This document shows positions 38,441-47,700 of a stretch of 64,000 bases of DNA, piece after piece; positions within the stretch are counted from its first letter, which is position 1, and each line of letters begins with the position of its first letter. Both the position numbers and the translations under genes were made by a program. The notes beneath the pieces are model-generated. The model saw only the letters and a list, made by a program, of their open reading frames with translations. It was not told the DNA's origin and did no database searches. The stretch covers positions 1 through 64,000 of the forward strand of contig CAWGIE010000023.1 in NCBI GenBank assembly GCA_963822585.1. Direction: 5' to 3'. The DNA comes from an uncultured bacterium (GTDB lineage Bacteria > Auribacterota > Erginobacteria > Erginobacterales > Erginobacteraceae).

Positions 38441-41317
38441 CTATTCTATTTTTACGAAATCGAGAAAATCAAGTTCGTCCGCTTCCAGCCCTTTTTCATA
38501 GATGTACCCCGAGGCCAGTGTGGAAGCGAAGATGGCTTCCAGGTACATCCCGGGCACCCGCTTCAGGATTGTTTTGATCCCCACCCGCTTGACCAGGGAG
38601 GGGGGACAGTGCCGCCGGATGACCGCTTCCCGCAGTCCTCTGTCACCGTACAGAGACGAGCCGCGGACCTTGTCGGTCACCCGGTTGATCTTGTCGCTCA
38701 GCCGGTCGGAGAGGACCGAGAGGGGGGCGCCGGACTTTTCGTGTTCCCGCCAGAGAGCCCCGAACTCGGCGGAGGCGTTCCGCCGGATGATCCCGATGAT
38801 CTCCTCGATATACTTCTTCCGGAAGGCCGGTTCCCGGCCGCCTTCCGGCATCGTCATCAGCCGGGCGAACTCGTCGTCTTCCAGGGCCAGGCCGGCCAGC
38901 ACCTCCAGCGAGGACGAGGTCACGCCGCCCTTGTTGGCGGAGGCGTCCTTGAAGAGAATGACCCCCTGCTCCTCCAGGCGGAGGCGCGCCTCCTGGGTGA
39001 TGAAGAGGTTGGCGCCCTCGACGATGATCCGGGCCCGGGGCACCCCTTTTTCGTTGAAGAACTCCCGCCAGTTCCCGATCCCGATCGCCCGGGGCCGTCC
39101 CCCGCAGGGGATGAAGAGGTCGGCGGCCAGACCCGGGTAGAAGTGGAAACGGTTCCGGAAGTCGGTCCCGTTGAGTACAATCGTGCCGTCCGGGAGGCGG
39201 ACGTCGCGCTCCCCCACCCCCACGAAGAAGCCCCGCCGGGAGAGTTTTTTCCGATTGAAGCGATCGACGGTCAGCCGGCGCCGCGCCAGTCTCTTCAGTT
39301 CCTTCCTCTCCAGGCCTTTCGGGTCATAGATGACGCCGCTCCCGTCCACCACCGCCAGTGTCCGGTCACGGGAGATCAGGATCTCGTTGGACCCCAGGTC
39401 GCCGTCGGGACCGCCGGTCTGGAACTTGGCGATCTTCTCCTCCTGCAAATCCAGCGCCCGCAGGGTGTCGGTCACATAGCGGTGTATCCCCTCGGTGGTC
39501 ATCCCGTAGGTGTCGTGGGGGACGCCGCCCAGCTCCGGCTTCTTGCCGGTGGTGAACGCTCGCCAGTAGCGGTAGCCCCGGTAACGGGCGTGGAGCGCCG
39601 CCCAGTCCATCAGGTCGGCCGTCCCCTCGTCCGGCCCCAGGAAGAGGATCTCCTCTTTTCCGTAGAGGTCCACGATCTCGGGGTGCGGGAGGAGGAGGTC
39701 GAGCAAACCGTCGATATAGTGGCGGAAAAGGCTCTCCCCCGCCGCGCTGTAATCCATGCTCAAAAGAATTGTCCCCTTGGCGCCCCCTTCCGGGATGTCC
39801 TTGTTCTTGCTTTGCTGGGTCCGGGCCAGGTTGTAATTCTCGTCGAAGATAAAATCGGAGTTGAGATCGTAATCGTTCTGGGAGGGCGAGCGGACCAGGC
39901 GGATCCCGCCCCGGGCGATGTCCCGGAAGCGGATGTGAAAGCCCCGGAACCCCTTGCCGACCAGGAAGAAGATCCCGAAGGGCTTTTCCGGATAGTCAAC
40001 CGGGTTAAGGAACGACGGCTCGAGGCGGAAAGAGAGGCAAACCTTCTCCTTCTTGAAAAAGTTCGTCTTCAGGACGGACCGATTGAAAGTGATGAATACT
40101 TCCAGGATGTGGCGCGCGATCTCCGAAGGCACGTTCTCCTCGATCATCTTCCGGGCTTTCGCCAGGTGGGGATTGTTCTCCCCCACCAGCTCCCTCCCCG
40201 GGAAGAAGCGGTGGAAGAAGTCGTGGAAGATCTCCCGCACGATCTCCCGGTGTTTAAGCACGGTATCGGTCACCCGGGCCTCGTGGTAGGTATCCTTGGC
40301 CAGGTGGGTCTTGAAGAGCGAAAGTGTCCCCAGAAGTTCCGGCTTATCGCCCAACGCCCGGGAGAGGGTCACGTACTCCTCGGTGTAGGAAGTCAAAAAC
40401 TGGTGGGCGAAGGCGGCGGCGGCGTAGGCGAACTTGGTCTCCTCGGCGCTGAAGTCCCCGGCATAAAACAGCTCCGAGAGCGCGTCCGATGTGAGCATGG
40501 CGGCCATCGAGATGTCCTGGAAGAGACGTTCCATCTCCAGTTGATCCCTTCTTTGATCGAGATAGAAAGAGAAGATGACCGTCCCGTCGGCGAAGGGCTC
40601 CACGTACTCGCGGTTGATATGGGCGTCGTGCTTCTTGAGGATGAAGGTGTAGTTGGTGAAGAAGCCCTTGGCGGCGTCCCTCCCCATCCCCACCATAATC
40701 CGGGTCTCCCCCTGTTTCGGCAGCTCGGAGAAGGAGATCCGGGGAACGTCGCTGGCCCGCAGCCGGTTCCAGAGTTTCCGGTACCGTTCGATGGTCGCCT
40801 TCGGCGAGTTCTCCATGAACTCCCGGGAAGCCGCCTTTTCGAAGGACGCCGCCGGGGTCCCGAAAGCGGCGGCGAAATGCGGGCGGGAGACCACGTAGAG
40901 GCGCAGCGGGTACCCCCGGGAGCGGTAGCTCTGGAGCCGGAAGACCGGGTAGTGGGACTCGATCCTCCCCTTCAGGGTCCGGATCTGATCGTAATCGTCC
41001 TCCGTCATGTAAGTACCGCTCTCGCCGTGCTCGCTCACGAACTGGACGGGGACGTGCCGTCCGCCGGAGTTCTCGGAGATGATCCGGCTGGCCCTGATCG
41101 ACTCGATGTGCCGGGAAATCTGTTCCAGGGGGGTGTACTTGAAGTAATAATCGGCGATCCCCAGCTTGAGGAAGAACCAGGCCATCTCCTTCCGCACCCG
41201 CTCGGGGGTAAAATTCCCCCGGCGCAAAATCAGCGTCTCGATCTCCTCCAGCTGCTTAAGCGAGAGGGGAACGTGAGAAGCGATCTCCTTCAAAGACGGC
41301 AATAATTTGTTATTCAT
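38441..41317 (-). CDS. large NAD-specific glutamate dehydrogenase (~960 aa, fungal/protist GDH2-like)
   Basis: FRGFHIRFRDIARGGIR, KNKDIPEGGAKG, LGPDEGTA, QTGGPDGDLGSNE and KDASANKGGVTSSSLEV motifs; likely start ATG 41317. Confidence 0.9.
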   Translation of the reverse strand: MNNKLLPSLKEIASHVPLSLKQLEEIETLILRRGNFTPERVRKEMAWFFLKLGIADYYFKYTPLEQISRHIESIRASRIISENSGGRHVPVQFVSEHGESGTYMTEDDYDQIRTLKGRIESHYPVFRLQSYRSRGYPLRLYVVSRPHFAAAFGTPAASFEKAASREFMENSPKATIERYRKLWNRLRASDVPRISFSELPKQGETRIMVGMGRDAAKGFFTNYTFILKKHDAHINREYVEPFADGTVIFSFYLDQRRDQLEMERLFQDISMAAMLTSDALSELFYAGDFSAEETKFAYAAAAFAHQFLTSYTEEYVTLSRALGDKPELLGTLSLFKTHLAKDTYHEARVTDTVLKHREIVREIFHDFFHRFFPGRELVGENNPHLAKARKMIEENVPSEIARHILEVFITFNRSVLKTNFFKKEKVCLSFRLEPSFLNPVDYPEKPFGIFFLVGKGFRGFHIRFRDIARGGIRLVRSPSQNDYDLNSDFIFDENYNLARTQQSKNKDIPEGGAKGTILLSMDYSAAGESLFRHYIDGLLDLLLPHPEIVDLYGKEEILFLGPDEGTADLMDWAALHARYRGYRYWRAFTTGKKPELGGVPHDTYGMTTEGIHRYVTDTLRALDLQEEKIAKFQTGGPDGDLGSNEILISRDRTLAVVDGSGVIYDPKGLERKELKRLARRRLTVDRFNRKKLSRRGFFVGVGERDVRLPDGTIVLNGTDFRNRFHFYPGLAADLFIPCGGRPRAIGIGNWREFFNEKGVPRARIIVEGANLFITQEARLRLEEQGVILFKDASANKGGVTSSSLEVLAGLALEDDEFARLMTMPEGGREPAFRKKYIEEIIGIIRRNASAEFGALWREHEKSGAPLSVLSDRLSDKINRVTDKVRGSSLYGDRGLREAVIRRHCPPSLVKRVGIKTILKRVPGMYLEAIFASTLASGYIYEKGLEADELDFLDFVKIE

Positions 41318-41882
41318 TTTTCTGTTTCCCTGCTTCAGTGCTTCGAAGCTCATCTCGGAGAAAAGCTGATATTCCAAGATAGTTGGACCATCTATTTAAA
41401 TATGCATAATCCAGGTTATCGGCGTTCTCTACTAGAATCCCGCGAACATCCTCCGTATCCCGGGGACGGTCACTGATAAGCTTGACCAGGATCAAATCCT
41501 CCGGGGACATAACTTCAAATTGGATATCGCTGACTTTAACGGTTCGGGAACGGGAGATCGCCGAGCGCTGAAAGTCGTTTTGAGCGAGGAAGAGATCAAT
41601 GTAAACACCGGTAGAAGGATGCAGTAGGGTAATAAACGGCAATTCTTTGATGCTTTTTAACGGGTTCTTCCTATCCCATTGAAAACCCTGTTTGGCCGCG
41701 GCTTCTAAAAAACGCGGAGTCGAACTTTCTTCCACATCAATCACTCCATCAATGTCCAACGTCGTGCGTGGTAGAGCGTAGATACTGACGGCGATTCCCC
41801 CCATAATGACTATTTTTGTGTCCGCCTCTTGTGCTGCTTGATCTAATTTTTTAAAAACAGTTAAGAGCACGTTGGTCGTCAT
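41310..41882 (-). CDS. nucleotidyltransferase toxin-like protein (AbiEii/MenT/DUF6036-like)
   Basis: MGGIAV...PRTTLDID and EDLILVKL...RPRD.ED motifs. Confidence 0.8.
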   Translation of the reverse strand: MTTNVLLTVFKKLDQAAQEADTKIVIMGGIAVSIYALPRTTLDIDGVIDVEESSTPRFLEAAAKQGFQWDRKNPLKSIKELPFITLLHPSTGVYIDLFLAQNDFQRSAISRSRTVKVSDIQFEVMSPEDLILVKLISDRPRDTEDVRGILVENADNLDYAYLNRWSNYLGISAFLRDELRSTEAGKQKNE

Positions 41883-42076
41883 TATGTTTTCCGCGCTAAC
41901 CGGGTTAAAAAAACCGATCGCATATGCAATTGTTCTTCACGAATCCGTTTCATCCGCCGGGCCAGTTGTTCGGGAGTAAGCGTGCTCTTCATCAGCTGGA
42001 GAGAAAAATCGGTTAAATCAAGCCAGGCGTTGATCCTTTCAGTTGGTGACATTGACCTGTGATTATCATGCTTCAT
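41882..42076 (-). CDS. small helical protein, putative antitoxin
   Basis: 64 aa with RSMSPTERI motif; TAATG overlap with the NTase gene. Confidence 0.65.
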   Translation of the reverse strand: MKHDNHRSMSPTERINAWLDLTDFSLQLMKSTLTPEQLARRMKRIREEQLHMRSVFLTRLARKT

Positions 42077-42120
42077 TATCTTGACAGTATAAGCCTCTTT
42101 TCACCCCGGGTAAAGGCAAT

Positions 42121-42153
42121 AAAAAGGAACGTTGCCTTTCCGGGCAACGTTCC
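42121..42153 (-). terminator. rho-independent terminator downstream of hgcB
   Basis: GGAACGTTGCC-6 nt-GGCAACGTTCC followed by TTTTT on the minus strand. Confidence 0.8.
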
Positions 42154-42255
42154 GGAGTATTTCTTGTCCCCCTCATCGTGATTCGCCTTTGGGGGATACG
42201 CAATCTCTCGGGTCACCAGGTCAATGACATGTGAACCTATTTGACGTTCTCTTTA

Positions 42256-42549
42256 TTAGCAGCAGGATTTATGCGATTCGCCGCAACAGGGCTCCGTCCC
42301 TCTCAACGTTCCCATGATGATGCCGGCGGCACAGCCAACGCCCGATTTTACCTTAATCGCCCCCGGCGGGCAGTTCCGGGCGCAGGCCCCGCACTCCATA
42401 CAGGCGTCCCGATCAAGAATAATGGCTTTGCCGTTCTCCACTTTAAAAACAGCGTGGGGACAGACGATCCCGCACATTCCGCATCCGATGCATTTGTCCC
42501 GGTCCAACTCCAGGGTGACAACATCGGCCAGATATCTTTGTTCGTTCAT
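42256..42549 (-). CDS. hgcB: mercury methylation ferredoxin HgcB
   Basis: CIGCGMCGIVCP, CMECGACARNCP, GVGCA and C-terminal Cys residues; downstream of hgcA. Confidence 0.96.
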   Translation of the reverse strand: MNEQRYLADVVTLELDRDKCIGCGMCGIVCPHAVFKVENGKAIILDRDACMECGACARNCPPGAIKVKSGVGCAAGIIMGTLRGTEPCCGESHKSCC

Positions 42550-42786
42550 CCCTCAGACACCTAATTTATTGTTCCGGAATTTCAATAATCGGATTTTTCC
42601 GATTATTGAAATTCCGAAACAGACGATAAAGCAACCAAAACAACAACTTTTTTTCCACATAATGCTAAAGGCTTACCGTTATGGAGTGAGCTGTTGGACA
42701 TGAACTAATTTTTGGATTATCATCAATCCGTTTTAAGTCTAAAAAGTGAAAATTCACTAAATTAGCGCCTCCGGCGCTAATTTATA

Positions 42787-43851
42787 TTATATATATCTAC
42801 CTGCTATCCACAGGCCCATGCCCGCTATTACCGCGATTGCCTGCAACGGAATCGCGATCTTCATCTCTTTTCTCACCCCGGAAAGGGAGGTATAGGTTGA
42901 AGCGCCGGTAAAGTTCATGGTCGCGAATGATGAAATAGCGGGGATCAGGAGCAACCAGGCGATTATCTCCCGGGGGTCTTTACCGGCGAACCCCAAAACC
43001 CAGGAGATGACGAAGAGAGCAACACCCGGGAAGATCCCCTTCACCGAAAAACTCCTTCCCGGCAGCCAGGGCAGGAGAAGGGGACCGAGGACGGTACCGG
43101 CAAGGTAAGCGAAGAGCACATTCACGACCGCCCGGGTCCCGAACGCCAGTCCTTCGGCGGCGGAAAAGCCGGACCGGCTCAGACCGGCCAGGAGAAAGAA
43201 AAGAAGCACTCCTATAACCAAAAATTTTAATCCGGTGACAACCTCCACCGGCACCAGGACCAGACGGTCGCGGAAGGCAAAGCGGACGCGGCGCATCTCC
43301 GGAGAAGCGATCATCCCGGCTGCCAAGAACCGGGGCAGGTCGGCCGACCGGACGGGTCCGTAAATGACCGAAAAGCCGGTGAGCCTTTTTACCTCATGCG
43401 CCGCCACGCCGGGGGCGCCAAGCTGGGGCACGACCACTTTCCGGTGGTTCACGATCTTCTTTAACCCTGTCGTCTCGATCCTTCTCGCCAGTTCCTCGGT
43501 CCCGAAAGTTCCCTTGCCGGCCGCGCACCAGACATTGATGCCCCGGGTGTCCAACACCAATATCCAGGCATTCAGGCCTGCTAAAACCCGTCGGAGAACG
43601 TCGAAACTGAACTTGTAATTCGCCGAGACCAGAACAACTGACTCCGGACCGGGGGCGCCCACGGCGTAGATGCCGGGGTCGACTCTATACTGCATCCGGT
43701 TAAGCGACCACCGGGCTTTCCACCCTCCCCGTCTGTCCCTGGCGGTAAGTTCTGTCGCTATGACCGGGACCTTCCCGGCATCGGTTTCCCAGAATCCGGT
43801 AATATAGTCTGGGCCAGGTTTTGCAGTCTGATCGGATACGGTCATGGACAA
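42787..43851 (-). CDS. hgcA: mercury methylation corrinoid protein HgcA
   Basis: Cap-helix motif GINVWCAAGKGTFG, PQLGAPGV, YGPVR, C-terminal TM domain and NFTGASTYTSLSGV.KEM; start TTG 43851 or ATG 43845. Confidence 0.97.
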   Translation of the reverse strand: MSMTVSDQTAKPGPDYITGFWETDAGKVPVIATELTARDRRGGWKARWSLNRMQYRVDPGIYAVGAPGPESVVLVSANYKFSFDVLRRVLAGLNAWILVLDTRGINVWCAAGKGTFGTEELARRIETTGLKKIVNHRKVVVPQLGAPGVAAHEVKRLTGFSVIYGPVRSADLPRFLAAGMIASPEMRRVRFAFRDRLVLVPVEVVTGLKFLVIGVLLFFLLAGLSRSGFSAAEGLAFGTRAVVNVLFAYLAGTVLGPLLLPWLPGRSFSVKGIFPGVALFVISWVLGFAGKDPREIIAWLLLIPAISSFATMNFTGASTYTSLSGVRKEMKIAIPLQAIAVIAGMGLWIAGRYI

Positions 43852-43865
43852 TCAATACCGTACGT

Positions 43866-44198
43866 TTATATCCCCTCTTCTCCCGTTCTGATCCGGATCG
43901 CCTTTTCGAGGGGAGAGATGGCGATCAAACCATCACCCTTACGGCCGGTCCGGGCCTGCTCGAGGATAATAGTACACGCCTGGGAAACGTGGTCGTCATC
44001 AATGACTATCTCCAGTTTCACCATGGTGGTATAAGTGCCGCCCAGTTCAGCCGAGAGCTGCGGCCGATCCGGGTCCACTTCATCTCCGACTCCCTTGACA
44101 TCAATCGCCGTCAGTCCGTGGATGCCCCCATCTTTTAATGCCCGGATGACATTATCCGCCATGAAGGTTCTGATAAAAGCTTTAATCAGCTTCATCAT
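43866..44198 (-). CDS. P-II-like protein (metal-efflux-associated type)
   Basis: MKLIKAFIR, VKG.G, KLEIV, ARTG..GDG.I and IRIRTGE motifs; divergent T-loop. Confidence 0.9.
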   Translation of the reverse strand: MMKLIKAFIRTFMADNVIRALKDGGIHGLTAIDVKGVGDEVDPDRPQLSAELGGTYTTMVKLEIVIDDDHVSQACTIILEQARTGRKGDGLIAISPLEKAIRIRTGEEGI

Positions 44199-44214
44199 TG
44201 CACCTCTTTCACGA

Positions 44215-44679
44215 TTAATTGGTTTTGCCCAAACCGTTCCGGCTCATGAGAGATTTTTCGGAGTGAATGACCCTGATGACGGCAACCCTCCCGGCGCGGG
44301 TCGCGGCACGCCGTCTTTCCCGAGAACGCACCCGGAGAAAAACCGCGGCGAGGCCGGCGGCGCCCAGGAGGATAGCCCCGAAATCCGGGTCACCCCCGAA
44401 ACGGTGAAAGAGCCAGTAACCGGCGATCGCCCCGACCAGGAGAGCAAGCAGGGGGAGACCGAAGATCAGAAGTGAAGCCTGGAGGGGATCGCGGAAGGGA
44501 ACACTCACCTCCACCTCGTCGCCGGGGCTTCCGGCGGCGTCATTCTCCGCTTCCAGAAGCATATCCTTCCCCCCGGACGCGAAAGCGCACTTGCCGCAGC
44601 CGGCGCACCCTTTATTCCGGGGAAGAGAGACTTTCGCTTTCCCCCCGGAGACCTCCACTATCCGGCCGATTTCAATCAT
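44215..44679 (-). CDS. RseC/MucC-family membrane protein
   Basis: E.G.IV, CAGCGKC, EAEN.....GD.V.V and two TM helices with FGLPL. Confidence 0.85.
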   Translation of the reverse strand: MIEIGRIVEVSGGKAKVSLPRNKGCAGCGKCAFASGGKDMLLEAENDAAGSPGDEVEVSVPFRDPLQASLLIFGLPLLALLVGAIAGYWLFHRFGGDPDFGAILLGAAGLAAVFLRVRSRERRRAATRAGRVAVIRVIHSEKSLMSRNGLGKTN

Positions 44680-44706
44680 GATGCGACACCTTCTATCTAT
44701 TCTTTT

Positions 44707-47700
44707 TCAATCCCGCTTGCCGTTTTTGGATCGAAATTTAAACTTCCACTCTTCTACGCTGCAATAGAGGACCGGAACAACGATCAGCCCGATCAATACG
44801 ATCGTCATCCCTCCGAAAGAGGGTATCGCCATGGGGACCATGACATCCGCGCCGCGACCCACGGAGGTGAGAACGGGGATCAGGGCCAGGATGGTTGTCC
44901 CGGCGGTCATCAGACAGGGACGGACCCGGCGCAACCCCGCCTGGAGTGTCGCCTCGCGGATATCTTCGACGGAGGCCGGCGTCCTCTTCCGAAATGACTG
45001 ATCGAGGTAGGTCGCCATGATGACGCCGTTATCCGAAGAGATTCCGAAAAGGGCGAGGAACCCCACCCAGACGGCGACACTGAGGTTGAAGGGATGCACC
45101 TGGAAGAGTTCGCGCATGCTCTCCCCGAAGACGCTGAAGTTCAGGAACCAGGGCTGGCCGTAGAACCAGATCATGATGAAACCGCCGGCCCATGCCACCA
45201 GGATGCTCGAGAAGACCAGGAGCGTGGTGGGGACGGTCTTGAATTGGAAGAAAAGAATCAGAAAGATGATGAAGAGAGCGAGCGGGAGAACGATCGCCAG
45301 CTTGGCCTGAGCGCGGAGCTGGTTCTTGTAGCTTCCGGCGAATTCGTAGCTGACCCCCGCCGGAAGGTCGAATTCGCCGTCCGCCAGCTTCTTCTTGAGA
45401 TAATTTTGGCAGTCTTCCACCACGTTCACCTCCGCCTGGCCGGGCTTCATGTCGAAAATGACGTAGCCGACAAGGCGGGTGTCCTCCGTCTTGATCACCT
45501 GGGGACCGGCCCGGTAGTTGATTTTCGCCAGTTGGATCAGGGGGATCCGGGTCCCATCGGGAGCGGGGATCAGTATTCTCCCCAGGGACTCGATCTGGTC
45601 GCGCAGCTCCCTTAAGTAGCGCACCCGCACCGGATAGCGCTGACGCCCCTCCACGGTGGTGGTGATCTTTTTTCCCCCGATTGCGACTTCAAGGGTATCC
45701 TGGATTCTTCGGATCATGATGCCGTATCGCGCTACCGCTTCTCGATCGATCTCGATCTCGAGGTAGGGCTTGCCCACGATCCGGTCGGCGATAACCGCGG
45801 AGGGCTCTACCGACGGCACCTCTTTCAAGAACTTTTCTATCTCCAGGCCGACCGTTTCGATCGTTTCCAGGTCCGGCCCTTTGACCTTGACTCCAAGGGG
45901 AGCCCGCATCCCGCTCTGAAGCATCACGATCCGGGCCGCGATCGGCTGCAGCTTGGGAGCGGAAGTTGTACCGGGGATCCGGGCCACCTTGACGATCTCA
46001 GCCCAGATATCGTCCGGCTTCTTGATCCGCGGGCGCCACTGGCGGTAGGGCCGGCCGTGGGGATCGGGGATAAGTTCGCCATCCTCGCTCCTGACGAACT
46101 CTTGCTTCTTTTTATCATATCGGAAGCTCTCCCGATGTCCGTCTTTGTCGGTAATGTATTCAGGCTTATAGTTAATAATCGTCTCGATCATCGAGATCGG
46201 CGCCGGGTCGAGCGGCGTCTCCGCCCGGCCGAGCTTGCCGACCACGCTTTCTATCTCGGGGATGGAACCGATCAGCATGTCCTGCTTCTGAAGAATATCC
46301 AGGGCCTCGCCGATGGAGGCGTGGGGCATGGTCGACGGCATCCAGAGAAAAGAACCCTCATCAAGGGGAGGCATGAATTCCTTTCCCAGGCCTTTCCAGA
46401 TAAACCCGCCGGCGATGACGATGACCAACGGAAATGAAAGAAAAAGGGCCTTGTGACGCAGGCACCAACTCAATATGGCTCCGAAGAAACGCTCAAATAG
46501 TTTGAAGAATACCAGCAGGACCCCGGTGATGAGGACAACGAATATGAAGTTGCGCGTAAATCCCTTCTCCGGCCCCAGGGGGAGCCAGTGCCGCGTGAGG
46601 ATTACGGTCACGACCAGGATGGCTAGACCGATTGCCAAAAAGGGGATGGCCCGGCGGACCTTCTCCGAGAGCAGGGGACGGAGTAATTCGAGCAACGCGA
46701 GGAGAATCAGGATCGACCCCGCCCACCAGGCGACTATTACCCACACGGCAACCCCGAAGATGATGAGGAGAACGTTCAGAAAACGCATCAGCTTCTTGCT
46801 CTCAAACCTTCCCCGGAAGAGCAGGTGGGCAAACGGGGGAATAACGGTCAGGGCGACAATGATCGACGCGATCAAGGCGAATGTTTTGGTGAAGGCGAGC
46901 GGTTTAAAGAGCTTCCCTTCCGCCGCGGTCATGGTGAAGACCGGAAGAAAGGAAACCACGGTAGTCGAGACCGCGGTCAGAACGGCGCTGCCGATCTCCG
47001 AGACGGCCCGGAAGATAACTTCGAGTCGGTTCTCGCCCGGTTTTGCCGCGTCGAGGTGTTTCAGTATATTTTCCGAGACGATGATCCCCATATCGACGAT
47101 CGTACCGATGGCGATGGCGATCCCGGAAAGGGCCACGATATTGGCATCCACGCCGAAAAGTTTCATGGCGATGAAGCACATCAGGATCGCCAGCGGCAGG
47201 GAGGCCGAGATCAGGATGGAACTTCGCAGGTGCATCACCATCACGATGACCACGATGATGGTGATGAGGATCTCCTCCGTCAGGGCCTTGCTCAACGTAC
47301 CCAGGGTCTCGTAGATGAGACCGGTCCGGTCGTAAAAGGGGACGATGGCGAGATGGGAGACGGTGCCGTCGGGAAGCGTCTTCTCCCCCAGGCCCGGAGT
47401 GATCTCCTCGATCTTCTTCTTGACGTTCTTGATGACCTGAAGGGGATTTTCCCCGTATCGGACAACCACCACGCCCCCCACGACTTCCGCCCCTTCCTTG
47501 TCCAGCGCTCCGCGGCGCAGAGCGGGGCCGAGAGTCACCTGGCCGACATCCTTGATATAGATCGGCACGTTCTCATTGACCTTGATTACCGACATTTCCA
47601 GGTCTTTCAGCCCTTTAATGAAACCCAACCCGCGGATGAAATATTCGACTTTGTTGACCTCGATGGAGCGGGCCCCGATATCGACATTGGACATCCGGAC

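Noticed and set aside
38609..41305. 898-aa plus-strand ORF
   Set aside because: Antisense shadow of the large GDH, expected from high-GC codon bias. The same applies to 46825-48414, 17078-18670 and most overlapping ORFs in the track.
42787..43851. CdhE/AcsC corrinoid subunit or fused HgcAB instead of HgcA
   Set aside because: It has the exact NVWCAAGK motif, a C-terminal TM domain, no ferredoxin fusion, and a separate hgcB downstream.
43849..43881. Selenocysteine N-terminal extension of HgcA (in-frame TGA just upstream of the TTG start)
   Set aside because: The TGA follows Tyr, not Cys, and the upstream frame runs into the P-II gene without a convincing start. HgcB ends CC-TAA, so no Sec there either.
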